Of a stretch of DNA of 64,000 bases, positions 48,924 to 59,978 are shown in pieces. This stretch comes from Candidatus Magasanikiibacteriota bacterium. GTDB taxonomy: Bacteria > Patescibacteriota > Patescibacteriia > Magasanikbacterales > UBA922. The position numbers and the translations under genes are program-made. Where the stretch lies: the NCBI GenBank assembly GCA_041674805.1, contig JBAYVA010000003.1:27029-91028 (forward strand), written 5' to 3'. Every line of letters starts with the position of its first letter. Within the stretch, counting starts at the first letter, position 1. Under the pieces are notes generated by a model, which was not told the DNA's origin, did no database searches, and was given only the letters and a program-made list of their open reading frames with translations.

Positions 48924-49727
48924 TTATTCTAAAACTAAAACCAAACTTTGACCATTTGGGACATCACCATCATTCCAATCATGCATAGATGCCAGCAAAT
49001 TATCAAAAGAATATAAAAAATTTGCCCCATTTTTTGTACCCGGATCATTGGTAATAAAACCTTTTTCATTGTAACCTTTTATAATCAAAGCATGATATAC
49101 AGGCCCACCATTATTAAAATTAGGATTTTCCAAAGATTTACCATCCAATAAAGCTACCAATAATTTACCATCTACTAAAAATTGTTGTAATTGTTCTTTT
49201 GTTGGTTCATAAACAATTTTCAATTTATAATCAAAAAAATTTTCAGCCAATTCTTTTACTTTGGTAGAGACAATACTTCCTCCCCAACCTTGTTGTTGTT
49301 CCCAATTTACCATTTCTATAATTTTTTCTTTGACAAATTTGATATTCAAATCATAATTATTGTAATAAGCATCAAGCATGATAAGAGATACTTCTTCACA
49401 AGCATCTTGCCAAGGTTGATCCCAATTTTTTTCTGGAGCCTGACTACTAAAAGGTACAATTTGATTAATTTGTTCTGGCAAAGCTATTTCCTGAGGATAA
49501 TCTACTAGCATTTCTCCATTGTCTATTTTTTTTTCAGTTGAAGTCACATTTGTAAAAACTTCATTCTCAATTTCCAAAGTAGAAGTAGAAAATTGAGAAA
49601 CAATCACAGGAGCATAAACAAAATCACTTTTTAACTTCAAAACATTCACAAATATCTCACTCAACAAAAAATACAAGATAATGACTAATCCAAAAAAAGA
49701 TATAATTTTCAAAAGTTTTACAAACAT
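48924..49727 (-). CDS. Membrane-anchored C39-like peptidase domain protein (Peptidase_C39_2-like)
   Basis: N-terminal TM helix. WDQPWQDACEEVSLIMLDAYY (putative Cys) and GGPVYHALIIKGY (putative His) resemble C39-like papain-fold domains. Confidence 0.45.
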   Translation of the reverse strand: MFVKLLKIISFFGLVIILYFLLSEIFVNVLKLKSDFVYAPVIVSQFSTSTLEIENEVFTNVTSTEKKIDNGEMLVDYPQEIALPEQINQIVPFSSQAPEKNWDQPWQDACEEVSLIMLDAYYNNYDLNIKFVKEKIIEMVNWEQQQGWGGSIVSTKVKELAENFFDYKLKIVYEPTKEQLQQFLVDGKLLVALLDGKSLENPNFNNGGPVYHALIIKGYNEKGFITNDPGTKNGANFLYSFDNLLASMHDWNDGDVPNGQSLVLVLE

Positions 49728-49789
49728 AGTACTATTTATACTTATATACTACCACAGCTTGATTTTTCTTTCAAAATAAGCTAAGATAA

Positions 49790-50977
<1,188 letters not shown>

Positions 50978-51062
50978 AGGTACATTCGAATTACGAATTC
51001 TTTCGAATGTACGAATTCGAATATTCGTAAGAGTTCGTAATTCAAATGTAAAATTACAAATA
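50978..51062. repeat. Cluster of nested palindromes built from cgaat/attcg units between tgt and rlmH
   Basis: gtacattcgaat...ttcgaatgtac is a perfect 11-bp inverted repeat. Further units: gaattcgaatattcg and ttcgtaagagttcgtaattc. Confidence 0.5.
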
Positions 51063-51064
51063 CT

Positions 51065-51532
51065 ATGAAAATAAATATTGTTACATTGGGAAAACTAAAA
51101 GAAAAATATTGGCAAGATGCTGAGCAAGAATATCTCAAGCGTCTTTCAGTTTTTACCAAAATAAATATTATAGAATTAAAGGAAGAAAAATTTGATGAAA
51201 AAAGTAATCACGAAGTAATAAAAACAAAAGAAGCAGAAAAAATTCTAAAAGCTATACCAAAAGATAGTTATGTAATTGTTCTTGATAAAGAAGGCAATCA
51301 ATCTAGTTCAGAAAAATTTTCTAGTAAATTGATAGAACTAAAAAATTCTAGTACTGAAATAACTTTTATAATTGGTGGACCACTTGGTTTGTCTGAAAGT
51401 ATTTTGGATGTTGCCAAAGAAAAAATATCTTTTTCCAAATTAACATTCACTCACCAAATGATGCGTGTGATTCTGCTTGAACAAATCTATCGTAGTTTTA
51501 TGATAAGTGAAGATAGAAAGTATCATTGGTAA
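51065..51532 (+). CDS. rlmH: 23S rRNA (pseudouridine1915-N3)-methyltransferase RlmH (SPOUT)
   Basis: MKINIVTLGKLKEKYW...IIGGPLGLSE...LTFTHQMMRVILLEQIYR. Confidence 0.85.
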   Translation: MKINIVTLGKLKEKYWQDAEQEYLKRLSVFTKINIIELKEEKFDEKSNHEVIKTKEAEKILKAIPKDSYVIVLDKEGNQSSSEKFSSKLIELKNSSTEITFIIGGPLGLSESILDVAKEKISFSKLTFTHQMMRVILLEQIYRSFMISEDRKYHW

Positions 51533-51608
51533 AATTCTAAAAAACTTTATAATAATTTAAAATAGTTGTATAATAAAATAAATTTAATTATCAATAAATT
51601 TATTTATT

Positions 51609-52445
51609 ATGAAATATATAGATTCTGTAAAAGGTAGTTTTATTAGTTTATTTTTACTTACACCTTTAGTAATTTTTGTAAAAGGAACAGGATCTATCCC
51701 CATTGTTGAGATGATATTAACTATTTCATCTTTTTTGTTTGCTATTTTTGCAGGTTTTTTTATTTCAAGATTAAACTCTCGTTACAGTGAAATAAGAGAA
51801 TACATTAGTGAAGAAGATGCTTATTTTTTATCATTGTTTCAAATTTCACAAGTATATGGTAAAAAATTTGTAGACAAAATCACTAATTTAATAGAAGAAT
51901 ACTATATTACAGCCTTTGAAAACAAAATTGAAGATTATTACAAACAAACAGCTAAACCTATACAAAAAATATATGACGAACTCTATAAAATGAAAGAAAA
52001 AAGTGGAGAATCTATATATGCCAACATGTTTTCAATATTATTATCACTAGAATTAGTAAGAAATAAAAACTCTGTAGTAGGTAAAGAAAAAATAGCAGTA
52101 AGTCAGTGGCTAGTAATGATCGGTTTATCTATAATAATTTTTATGTGTTTGATGTATTTGAATACCAATGAACCATTATTTCAATTTTTGATTATATTCT
52201 TAGGAGCTGTACTAGTTTTGATATTGTTGACACTTAGAGATTTACAAAATTTAAGACTAGGAGGTAAAATTATGCCCGTACTAGAATCTGGTGAAGAAGT
52301 TTTAGAAAGTATTGGTAAACCAAGATACTATAATACAGATTTATTGAAAGAATCCAATATAAAAATACCAAAAGATATTAAAAAATACAGATTAGCATCA
52401 CACAAACCTGATGGACAAACAAAAATCAAAATAATAAATAAATAA
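51609..52445 (+). CDS. Hypothetical multi-TM membrane protein
   Basis: Hydrophobic helices at both the N- and C-terminal ends with a soluble middle; no motifs recognised. Confidence 0.4.
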   Translation: MKYIDSVKGSFISLFLLTPLVIFVKGTGSIPIVEMILTISSFLFAIFAGFFISRLNSRYSEIREYISEEDAYFLSLFQISQVYGKKFVDKITNLIEEYYITAFENKIEDYYKQTAKPIQKIYDELYKMKEKSGESIYANMFSILLSLELVRNKNSVVGKEKIAVSQWLVMIGLSIIIFMCLMYLNTNEPLFQFLIIFLGAVLVLILLTLRDLQNLRLGGKIMPVLESGEEVLESIGKPRYYNTDLLKESNIKIPKDIKKYRLASHKPDGQTKIKIINK

Positions 52446-52577
52446 TACATTTAACAACAAAATAAAAAAACCACCCCACTCCTTACATATTTTGTATATG
52501 TTAAAAATTGAGGTGGTTTTTGTTTTGTATAAAAAATTTTTAACTTTACGAACTTTATAAACTTTCAACTTTACAAA

Positions 52578-53690
52578 CTAGTGTATAAACATCGCATCAC
52601 CAAAACTATAAAATCTATATTCTTTTTCTACAGCTTCTTTATAACATTGCAACATAAATTCCCTATCTCCTGCAAACGCTGAAACGAGCATAAGCAAAGT
52701 AGATTTTGGTAAATGAAAATTGGTAACCATCGCATCCACAATCTGAAATTCAAATCCAGGCTTGATAAAAATATTTATATCACCTTCATATTTAGAAATT
52801 GTAATTTGTGATTTGTTTGTATCTTGTAACTTGTTTTTTTCTAATAAAGAAACTCCTTCAAGTGTACGAACAGTAGTCGTCCCTACCGCCACCACTCTCC
52901 TACCTTCATTCTTCGCTTTATTAATTTTATTTGCAGTTTCTTCTGAAATTTCTACCCATTCACTATGCATAGTATGATCCTCCACTCTTTCACTTTTGAC
53001 TGGCAAAAAAGTTCCAAGACCAACATGAAGAGTGACTTCCGCAAATTCCACTCCTTTTTCTTTTAATTTTTGGATTACATCGTCGGTAAAATGAAAACCA
53101 GCAGTTGGCGCTGCTACCGAGCCTTCTTCTTTGGAGTACACTGTCTGATAAATTTCTATTTGATCTGGTTCATCTTTGACATAAGGTGGTACGGGAATAT
53201 GTCCGTACTTATTAGCTTTCGCCATAACTTCTTTGTCGTCTTCTTCAAATTGAACTAGAATTGTTCCTTCTATTTCTTTCATCACAACAGTACAAAAAAA
53301 ATCTGAAGCAAAACGCACGTTCATACCAGGTTTTACTCTTTTCCCTGGCTTAGCTAATATTTTCCAGACACCAGGATTTTCCATCGGACGAACAAGAAAT
53401 ATTTCTACTTCTTTTTGATTGAACAAAGCTCTGTCAGGAATATCATCTTTATCTATATCTCTTTCACTTGATTCTAATCTACCAAAAAGTCTGGCTTTGA
53501 AAACTTTGGAATTATTCCAAACGAGCAAGTCCCCTTTTTCAAAATAATCCACAATATCATAAAAATGTTTATGGTCTACTTTTTTGTTTTTTCGGTCAAC
53601 CAAAAAAAGCTTGGAACTATCACGAGGTTCTACCGGTTTTTGAGCAATACGCTCTTCTGGTAAATTGTAATCAAAATCACTAGTATTCAT
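52578..53690 (-). CDS. queA: S-adenosylmethionine:tRNA ribosyltransferase-isomerase
   Basis: MNTSDFDYNLPEERIAQKPVEPRDSSKLFLV is the canonical QueA N-terminus. The protein is about 30 aa longer than is usual. Confidence 0.9.
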   Translation of the reverse strand: MNTSDFDYNLPEERIAQKPVEPRDSSKLFLVDRKNKKVDHKHFYDIVDYFEKGDLLVWNNSKVFKARLFGRLESSERDIDKDDIPDRALFNQKEVEIFLVRPMENPGVWKILAKPGKRVKPGMNVRFASDFFCTVVMKEIEGTILVQFEEDDKEVMAKANKYGHIPVPPYVKDEPDQIEIYQTVYSKEEGSVAAPTAGFHFTDDVIQKLKEKGVEFAEVTLHVGLGTFLPVKSERVEDHTMHSEWVEISEETANKINKAKNEGRRVVAVGTTTVRTLEGVSLLEKNKLQDTNKSQITISKYEGDINIFIKPGFEFQIVDAMVTNFHLPKSTLLMLVSAFAGDREFMLQCYKEAVEKEYRFYSFGDAMFIH

Positions 53691-53743
53691 ATTTATATAT
53701 TCTGCGTTTTCCCGCGTAGTAATCCAATATTATACGCGTCTAA

Positions 53744-54874
53744 TTATTTAAATTGTTTGACAGCTTCCGCAACAATACTCGCTACATTCTTATCCAACAC
53801 AGGTGGAATAATATTTTCTGCACTTGGATTTTTTACATAATTGGCTAAGGCTTGAGCTACAGCAAGTTTCATCTCCATTGTGACTTTACTAATTCTTGCT
53901 TCCAACAAACCTTTGAAAATACCAGGGAAAGCCAAAACATTGTTTACTTGATTTGGATAGTCACTGCGACCAGTTGCCACGACAACAGCACCAGCTTCTT
54001 TGGCTTCAGCAGGGAAAATTTCTGGAGTTGGATTGGCCATAGCAAAAATAATTGCACCAGCATTCATAGTTCTCACCATATCTTGTGTCAAAACTTTTGG
54101 TTGACTTACTCCCACAAAAACATCAGCTCCAACCATCGCGTCAGCTAGACTACCACACATATTATTTTTGTTTGTTCTATTCAATAATTCTTGTTTGACA
54201 GGATTTAAATCTGTACGTTCACGACAAACAAGACCTTTGGAATCAATGAGCAAAATATCAGCCACACCAGCATGAAGAAGTAAATTGGTGATAGCAACTC
54301 CTGCGGCACCCACACCACTAATTACAACTTTGACATCTCCGATTTTTTTATTAACCACTTTTAGAGCATTGTAGAGTCCTGCCAATACAACAATCGCTGT
54401 ACCATGTTGATCATCATGAAAAACTGGGATATCCAATTTTTCTGACAGTCTTTGTTCTATCTCAAAACAACGAGGAGCAGAAATATCTTCCAGATTTATG
54501 CCACCAAACATTGGGGTGAGTAATTCTACTGTTCGAATAAATTCCTCCACATCTTTAGTTTTGATAGCTAGAGGAAAAGCATCTACACCACCAAATTCTT
54601 TGAACAACACACATTTTCCTTCCATCACGGGCAAACTTGCTTCTGGACCAATATCTCCCAAACCTAAAACAGCAGTACCGTCAGTAATAACAGCTACCAT
54701 ATTTTGCTTGCGAGTATATTCATAGACTTTTTCCTTGTCCTTCGCTATTTCCAAACAAGGTTCAGCCACACCAGGTGTATAAGCCAAACTAAGATCTTCT
54801 CGACTTGTGATTTTGGCACGAGAAATTACTTCAATTTTTCCTTTTAGATTTTTGTGGTATTCAAGTGGGTTCAT
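53744..54874 (-). CDS. NAD(P)-dependent malic enzyme (short form)
   Basis: LAYTPGVAEPC, GTAVLGLGDIGPEASLPVMEGKCVLFK and a Rossmann GVGAAG motif. Confidence 0.85.
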   Translation of the reverse strand: MNPLEYHKNLKGKIEVISRAKITSREDLSLAYTPGVAEPCLEIAKDKEKVYEYTRKQNMVAVITDGTAVLGLGDIGPEASLPVMEGKCVLFKEFGGVDAFPLAIKTKDVEEFIRTVELLTPMFGGINLEDISAPRCFEIEQRLSEKLDIPVFHDDQHGTAIVVLAGLYNALKVVNKKIGDVKVVISGVGAAGVAITNLLLHAGVADILLIDSKGLVCRERTDLNPVKQELLNRTNKNNMCGSLADAMVGADVFVGVSQPKVLTQDMVRTMNAGAIIFAMANPTPEIFPAEAKEAGAVVVATGRSDYPNQVNNVLAFPGIFKGLLEARISKVTMEMKLAVAQALANYVKNPSAENIIPPVLDKNVASIVAEAVKQFK

Positions 54875-55051
54875 ATATTTATAAACATTTATTTTTAATT
54901 TACTGTTTTATTTTTGATAAAATAAATTGAGATGAATAGAGATAAAATTGAGATAAATTTTAAGCTGATTCTGCTGTATCTGCTGATAAGCTGAATAGGC
55001 TTCTTATAAATTTGTTTTTATGTTTTAATGCTTTAATGTTTTTATTTTTAC

Positions 55052-56083
55052 TTAGAGATGTTTCACACGATTCTCATTATGCTCCTCCAAAGTTTTACCA
55101 TACCAAACTTTTCCTTTACTATCTGTCAAAAAATACCAATAATCATTTCCTTCTGGATAAATAGCTGCCATAATCGAATCTATATTTGGAGTAGAAATAG
55201 GACCGAGTGGAAGACCCGGATAACGATAAGTATTCCATGGTGAAAGTGAATCTCTATCTTCGGCAGTAGTGAATACGTCACCTTTTTTACCAACAGCATA
55301 ATGAACAGTAGAGTCGGCTTGCAATGCCCAATTTTGATCATAACGTCGCCAAAATAAGTCAGCTACAATTTTTTTATCTTCCTCACTTCTTACTTCTCTT
55401 TCGAGAACACTAGCCATAGTCAAAACTTCAAAAACAGTTCTACCAGATTTTTCAATATCTTTGTACATTTGTTCAGTAAACTGATTTTCTCTTTCATCTA
55501 TTAATTTTTGTACAATTTCTTCAATAGTTGCATTTTTGAAAATTCTATAAGTATCTGGAGCAAGATAACCATCATAGCTAACGAAGTTTGGTTTATCTTT
55601 TGTAATTTTCCAATCACCTTCTACCACAGGTGATATTTCTCTTTCTACTTTGTAATTGTAAGCAGATTTACCAACTACAGCTAGAAAATCACTACTACTA
55701 GCTATAGCATTCTTTTCAAAATATTCAGCAATATCTCTCAAATCCCAACCAGGCAAAATAGTAATAGTAGTTTCAGCTTGTGTAGGATTGGCCAAAGAAT
55801 TTATAACTCTTGCCAAAGTGATTGGAGACTCTACCACAAATTCACCTTCACGAATTTCTGTATCTAATTTTCTAAAAGATAAATATTTTTTGAAAAACCA
55901 AGCACTACGAATAATATGTTTTTCTTCCAACTTTTCAGCAACCAACGAAACACTTTCTCCTTTGGCAATAGAAAAAGTTACTTTATCTGCATACTGTGCT
56001 TCAGCACTAAAAATCTCGGAGTGTGCAAACCAAGCTCCGATTGCTCCACAGATTATTATAATTAAGAATAGTAATTTTTTCAT
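55052..56083 (-). CDS. mltG: Endolytic murein transglycosylase MltG (YceG family)
   Basis: N-terminal TM helix, then ASVLEREV, LQADSTVHYA and WNTYRYPGLPLGPISTP. Confidence 0.85.
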   Translation of the reverse strand: MKKLLFLIIIICGAIGAWFAHSEIFSAEAQYADKVTFSIAKGESVSLVAEKLEEKHIIRSAWFFKKYLSFRKLDTEIREGEFVVESPITLARVINSLANPTQAETTITILPGWDLRDIAEYFEKNAIASSSDFLAVVGKSAYNYKVEREISPVVEGDWKITKDKPNFVSYDGYLAPDTYRIFKNATIEEIVQKLIDERENQFTEQMYKDIEKSGRTVFEVLTMASVLEREVRSEEDKKIVADLFWRRYDQNWALQADSTVHYAVGKKGDVFTTAEDRDSLSPWNTYRYPGLPLGPISTPNIDSIMAAIYPEGNDYWYFLTDSKGKVWYGKTLEEHNENRVKHL

Positions 56084-56195
56084 ATGATTAAAAAGAATAA
56101 CACAAATATTAAACGAATATCACAAATAATTTTTTACATAGTTCAAATCTGTAAATCAGTATTATCTGTAATCTGTATGTATGTTAAAAATACAT

Positions 56196-57254
56196 TTAAA
56201 GATAAGACTCTAGCCCTTTTTCTTCAATCTTCTTCAACAACTCTTTTATCCTCGGCACATCATTTTTGTGACAGACCAATGTTGTATTGTTGGTATTTAC
56301 CACGACCATACCTTTGAGACCAACAGTAGCCACAAGTCTGCCATTTTCTTCATTCAAAATAAGACTATCTGTAGAATCCAAATCTACAACTGTACCTTTT
56401 TCAAAATTCTTGTCAGTACCATCAACAAGCGCTTCTTTCAAGGCATAAAGTGTACCAGGATCTGTCCAAGCCAAATCTACTTTTATCACTACTGCTTGAT
56501 CTTTGTCTATTTTTTCGACAATCGCATTGTCAAAAGATTCAGCTTCCAACTTTGCATATTCTGTATTCAAATCTTTTTGTCCACTGACCATATCAGCCAA
56601 AGCAATATACATTTCTGGTTTGTGTTTCTTATAAAGTTCCAAAACAAAATCAATATCAAAAATAAAATATCCAGGATTCCACATCCACTTTTGACTTTCA
56701 AACATTTCTTGACACTCTAGAATTTCTGGACGATATTTCCAACTTTCAAATTTGAATAAATCACCTTCAATATTTTCACCCAAATTTATCCAACCCAAAT
56801 TTTCATTGGCAAAGCGAGGTTTTTCTCCCAAGAAAACAAATCTATTAGGATTTTCAGTAATCAGTTTTTCGGCTTTTTTGAGAGCTTCCACAAAATTCTC
56901 AGGCTTCTTCATAAAATGATCTGCCCAAAGCATGGCGATAGTACCTGTCACACCTTCTTTTTTCAATTTCATAAGAGCTAAGCCCACAGCGGCCGCCAAA
57001 TCTCGTCTAGTCGGTTCACCCATAATATGATTTTTATCTAGTTCTGGCAAGTGTGAATAAACCAAATCAACATATTTGTCATTGGTAGAAACATAGACAT
57101 TGTCGAGACCAAAACTTCTGATTCTCTCAAGAGCCATTTGAATAGTCGATTGATCACCTTTTAGAATTTCAAATTGTTTTGGACTAGATTTGCGACTGAT
57201 TGGCCAAAGTCTAGTACCAGCCCCTCCGGCGAAGATTAAGATTTTCATATACAA
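56196..57254 (-). CDS. Mannose-1-phosphate guanylyltransferase-like sugar nucleotidyltransferase
   Basis: ILIFAGGAGTRLWPISRKSSPKQF N-terminal nucleotidyltransferase motif. Confidence 0.75.
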   Translation of the reverse strand: MYMKILIFAGGAGTRLWPISRKSSPKQFEILKGDQSTIQMALERIRSFGLDNVYVSTNDKYVDLVYSHLPELDKNHIMGEPTRRDLAAAVGLALMKLKKEGVTGTIAMLWADHFMKKPENFVEALKKAEKLITENPNRFVFLGEKPRFANENLGWINLGENIEGDLFKFESWKYRPEILECQEMFESQKWMWNPGYFIFDIDFVLELYKKHKPEMYIALADMVSGQKDLNTEYAKLEAESFDNAIVEKIDKDQAVVIKVDLAWTDPGTLYALKEALVDGTDKNFEKGTVVDLDSTDSLILNEENGRLVATVGLKGMVVVNTNNTTLVCHKNDVPRIKELLKKIEEKGLESYL

Positions 57255-57388
57255 TAGTTATAATGTTAAAAGTTTGTAAAGTTTATAAAGTTTTTTTATA
57301 TAATAATTATTATATAATTAATAATGAATGCGTGTAAACAATGAAAAATTTTTATTTCACAGATAGACGAAATTCAATCAGGACAATT

Positions 57389-58354
57389 TTATTTTTTTAA
57401 TCTTTCAAGCATAGTTTTAATCTCCGGAGATAACTGCGGATTAGACAACACTCTTTCAATAAATTTAGGAACTTTTCTTTCGTATGCTGGCGGATTTTCT
57501 TTACCCTCATTTCGATGAATATGAGAAACCTCCATTGCATCCTCATAATCTGTAAGTACTTGCTGGGTAATTTGCTCTAATTCTTCATCGCTGTACATTT
57601 CCTTTAAAGCCCCAAGAAGTTTTCTAAAATCGGCATTAAATTTTTCAGGTTTTTGTTCATAGCTTTGAAGCAAATGTAAAACTTTATATGCGAGGATAGT
57701 ATCTGGCCTCGCAACATAATAATCTTTTCCCTCAATATTCACTTTAGCCACCCTTCTTGGCCCATAAGCTTCAACAGGATCGCACATTACTTTAAATTGA
57801 TCATCACCTCGTTTTAAAACTTTACGTCCTTTTTCTGGCACTTCGTCAAAAGAGGGACCACTACCACCTTTCCAGATGTACTGAGTACGCAATCGACTAT
57901 ATTCTTCATCACTTACTTTACCGAAAGAATTTTGGACGTGAATTTTCTTTGCTTTGTAGTGGTCTGTAGGAACATAATCTAAATCGCCAATCTGGCGAGC
58001 AAAAGAAGCCAAAATTTTTCTTGTTGATTCAGGTATTTCTCTTGTACGAACATCTCTTAAAGCAGGAATCCGAGTTTCGTCCATTTCAGTAAATTTTTCT
58101 GCACAAGATAAAAGCATAGAGGCCAAAGAGCCAGAAAGATAATAATTCATTCTTGATATAGTTTCTACACCCTCGGATAACTCTGACAATTCAACATCAG
58201 TGTCAACTTGTGGCCATCGACCTGTTAAATATTCTGCAAATATTATTGCTGATTTTAAAATTTCTTTCTGTTCTGGTGTAATTTCTACTTCAGGAATTAT
58301 TGCCTTAGGAGTTTCTTGTGGTGGAGTAAATTGTGATATTCTTTCAGTAATCAT
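57389..58354 (-). CDS. Hypothetical protein
   Basis: Protein-like ORF with slightly elevated GC; no motif recognised with confidence. Confidence 0.35.
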   Translation of the reverse strand: MITERISQFTPPQETPKAIIPEVEITPEQKEILKSAIIFAEYLTGRWPQVDTDVELSELSEGVETISRMNYYLSGSLASMLLSCAEKFTEMDETRIPALRDVRTREIPESTRKILASFARQIGDLDYVPTDHYKAKKIHVQNSFGKVSDEEYSRLRTQYIWKGGSGPSFDEVPEKGRKVLKRGDDQFKVMCDPVEAYGPRRVAKVNIEGKDYYVARPDTILAYKVLHLLQSYEQKPEKFNADFRKLLGALKEMYSDEELEQITQQVLTDYEDAMEVSHIHRNEGKENPPAYERKVPKFIERVLSNPQLSPEIKTMLERLKK

Positions 58355-58435
58355 ATATTTATGTATTAAAAGACAAAATTTCTCCGATAAATTTACCCAA
58401 TAAGTCTTTTCTTTTTACTTTATTTTAAATTTCAA

Positions 58436-58840
58436 TTAACTTTCATCTTTGAGGGGAAATCCAATCTTAGTTAAAGCTTCCATTGCTTGTTTATATGTTT
58501 CTTCACGCACAAGAATGTAATCTTTTGAAAATGTTGAAACTACAAGAACATTCAATCCTTCGTCAGACACGGTTTTTGTTACACGAGCAAGAAACCCCTT
58601 TGCTAAAAAAGGCAGAGACACTTTAATTTCAAATAATTTAAACCATTTTTCATCTTTATCATATTTAACTTTAAATAAATTTGCCTCCTCCGTAACAACA
58701 GTCGTTTCATCCTTATCCTTGGAAACAAGAAAATGTCCATCAAAAGAAGTTTCTTGCGTCGCCTTAAGATACGCATATCTACCTTTATGAACCACAACTT
58801 CGCTGGATTGAATGACTTCTTGTAAAGTTGGATTTTCCAT
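58436..58840 (-). CDS. ACT-domain-containing protein (ACT_7-like)
   Basis: C-terminal GLNVLVVSTFSKDYILVREETYKQAMEAL resembles a ligand-binding ACT fold. Confidence 0.45.
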   Translation of the reverse strand: MENPTLQEVIQSSEVVVHKGRYAYLKATQETSFDGHFLVSKDKDETTVVTEEANLFKVKYDKDEKWFKLFEIKVSLPFLAKGFLARVTKTVSDEGLNVLVVSTFSKDYILVREETYKQAMEALTKIGFPLKDES

Positions 58841-58895
58841 ATTTTGAATTAAATGTTGTTTTTTTAGATTTAAATTTCGTACAACACTTGTTATA

Positions 58896-58940
58896 CGCTA
58901 CGTGTTACGTGTTACGTGTTACGCGTCATGCGTTACGCGA
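58896..58940. repeat. Tandem heptamer repeat (GTTACGT/GTTACGC, about 6 units)
   Basis: gctacgt gttacgt gttacgt gttacgc gtcatgc gttacgc. Confidence 0.7.
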
Positions 58941-59505
58941 TCAAATTAGTCAAAAACGTATACAAAGGTTGTGTTATATATTCCAAAAGCCAACTTGAAC
59001 CAAAAAGCAAAACTAAAGCCAAAACAAAACCACCCATAATATCACGAGGATAATGCACTCCGACATAAACACGAGAAAAAGCAATAATTGTCGCAAGCAA
59101 TAAAACAAAAATAGAAAAGCCAAGACCAGCACCCATAAGTACTACGCTTCCGGCGAGCAAAAATGACATGCTAGTATGGTCAGAAGGAAAAGATTTCCAA
59201 ACTTCGATTGGGTGAAGCAACATTTTTGTTTCTGGAAATTCAACTATCGGGCGAGGATGCTTCCAAAGTAAAGCAATACCATAACTAATAGCAAAAGAAA
59301 AAACGAAAACAGTAAGTAATATTTTTACCATTGTTTCAAATTTTTCTGGATCAACACCACCCAAAACAAATACACCCCAAGTAATAACAAAAAATGCCAA
59401 AACATAAATTAGTAAGTTGGCTGACAAATACATGAGTCTATCAAGCCAAGCATATTTGCCGACTTTGGCGTTTATTTTGAAGAATAGTTTTTTTGATAGA
59501 GACAT
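58933..59505 (-). CDS. PAP2-family phosphatase (undecaprenyl-diphosphatase-like)
   Basis: KHPRP, PSDHTS and SRVYVGVHYPRD acid-phosphatase motifs in a polytopic membrane protein. Confidence 0.75.
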   Translation of the reverse strand: MSLSKKLFFKINAKVGKYAWLDRLMYLSANLLIYVLAFFVITWGVFVLGGVDPEKFETMVKILLTVFVFSFAISYGIALLWKHPRPIVEFPETKMLLHPIEVWKSFPSDHTSMSFLLAGSVVLMGAGLGFSIFVLLLATIIAFSRVYVGVHYPRDIMGGFVLALVLLFGSSWLLEYITQPLYTFLTNLIA

Positions 59506-59562
59506 AACACTTCATCACTTTAACACCTAATCACCTGATCACTTTCAGACTAATTAGATAAA

Positions 59563-59937
59563 TTAATTAATATTTTTTTCTACTGATTTTATTTCTGACC
59601 AAAGCATTGCACCAATTTCTTCTCCAAGATCTAAAGCTTTTTTATAATCTTTGTGTTCTATCCAATTTTCATCAAGTGCAAAATAAAATATATATTTTGA
59701 TTCATTTAATGATCCATAGGACATCTCATAAAAATTTAATTTTACTTTATCTCTTCGTCGACCATAGCCTTCCACAAAATTTAATATCACAGACATAGAT
59801 GATCTTCTCAATTGAGAGACTGACGAATACAATTCTTCTTTTGGAAATTTTTTTGTTACTTCATAAGCGCATTTTACATAACTATGCATTAGTTTTTTTA
59901 ATTTATTTCGAAACTCACTCATTGTATTTTCCAACAT
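59563..59937 (-). CDS. Four-helix-bundle protein (23S rRNA IVS protein family), second copy
   Basis: VILNFVEGYGRRRDKVKLNFYEMSYGSLNESKYIFYFALDENW. Flanked by imperfect inverted repeats made of cacctaatcac-type units (59509-59545 and 59949-59984). Confidence 0.65.
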   Translation of the reverse strand: MLENTMSEFRNKLKKLMHSYVKCAYEVTKKFPKEELYSSVSQLRRSSMSVILNFVEGYGRRRDKVKLNFYEMSYGSLNESKYIFYFALDENWIEHKDYKKALDLGEEIGAMLWSEIKSVEKNIN

Positions 59938-59978
59938 AATTCAACGTAGTGTGATTAGGTGATAAGGTGATTAAGTGA

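Noticed and set aside
58896-58940. CRISPR array
   Set aside because: Units are 7 bp and contiguous, without spacers; no cas genes or longer direct repeats separated by unique spacers occur anywhere in the window.
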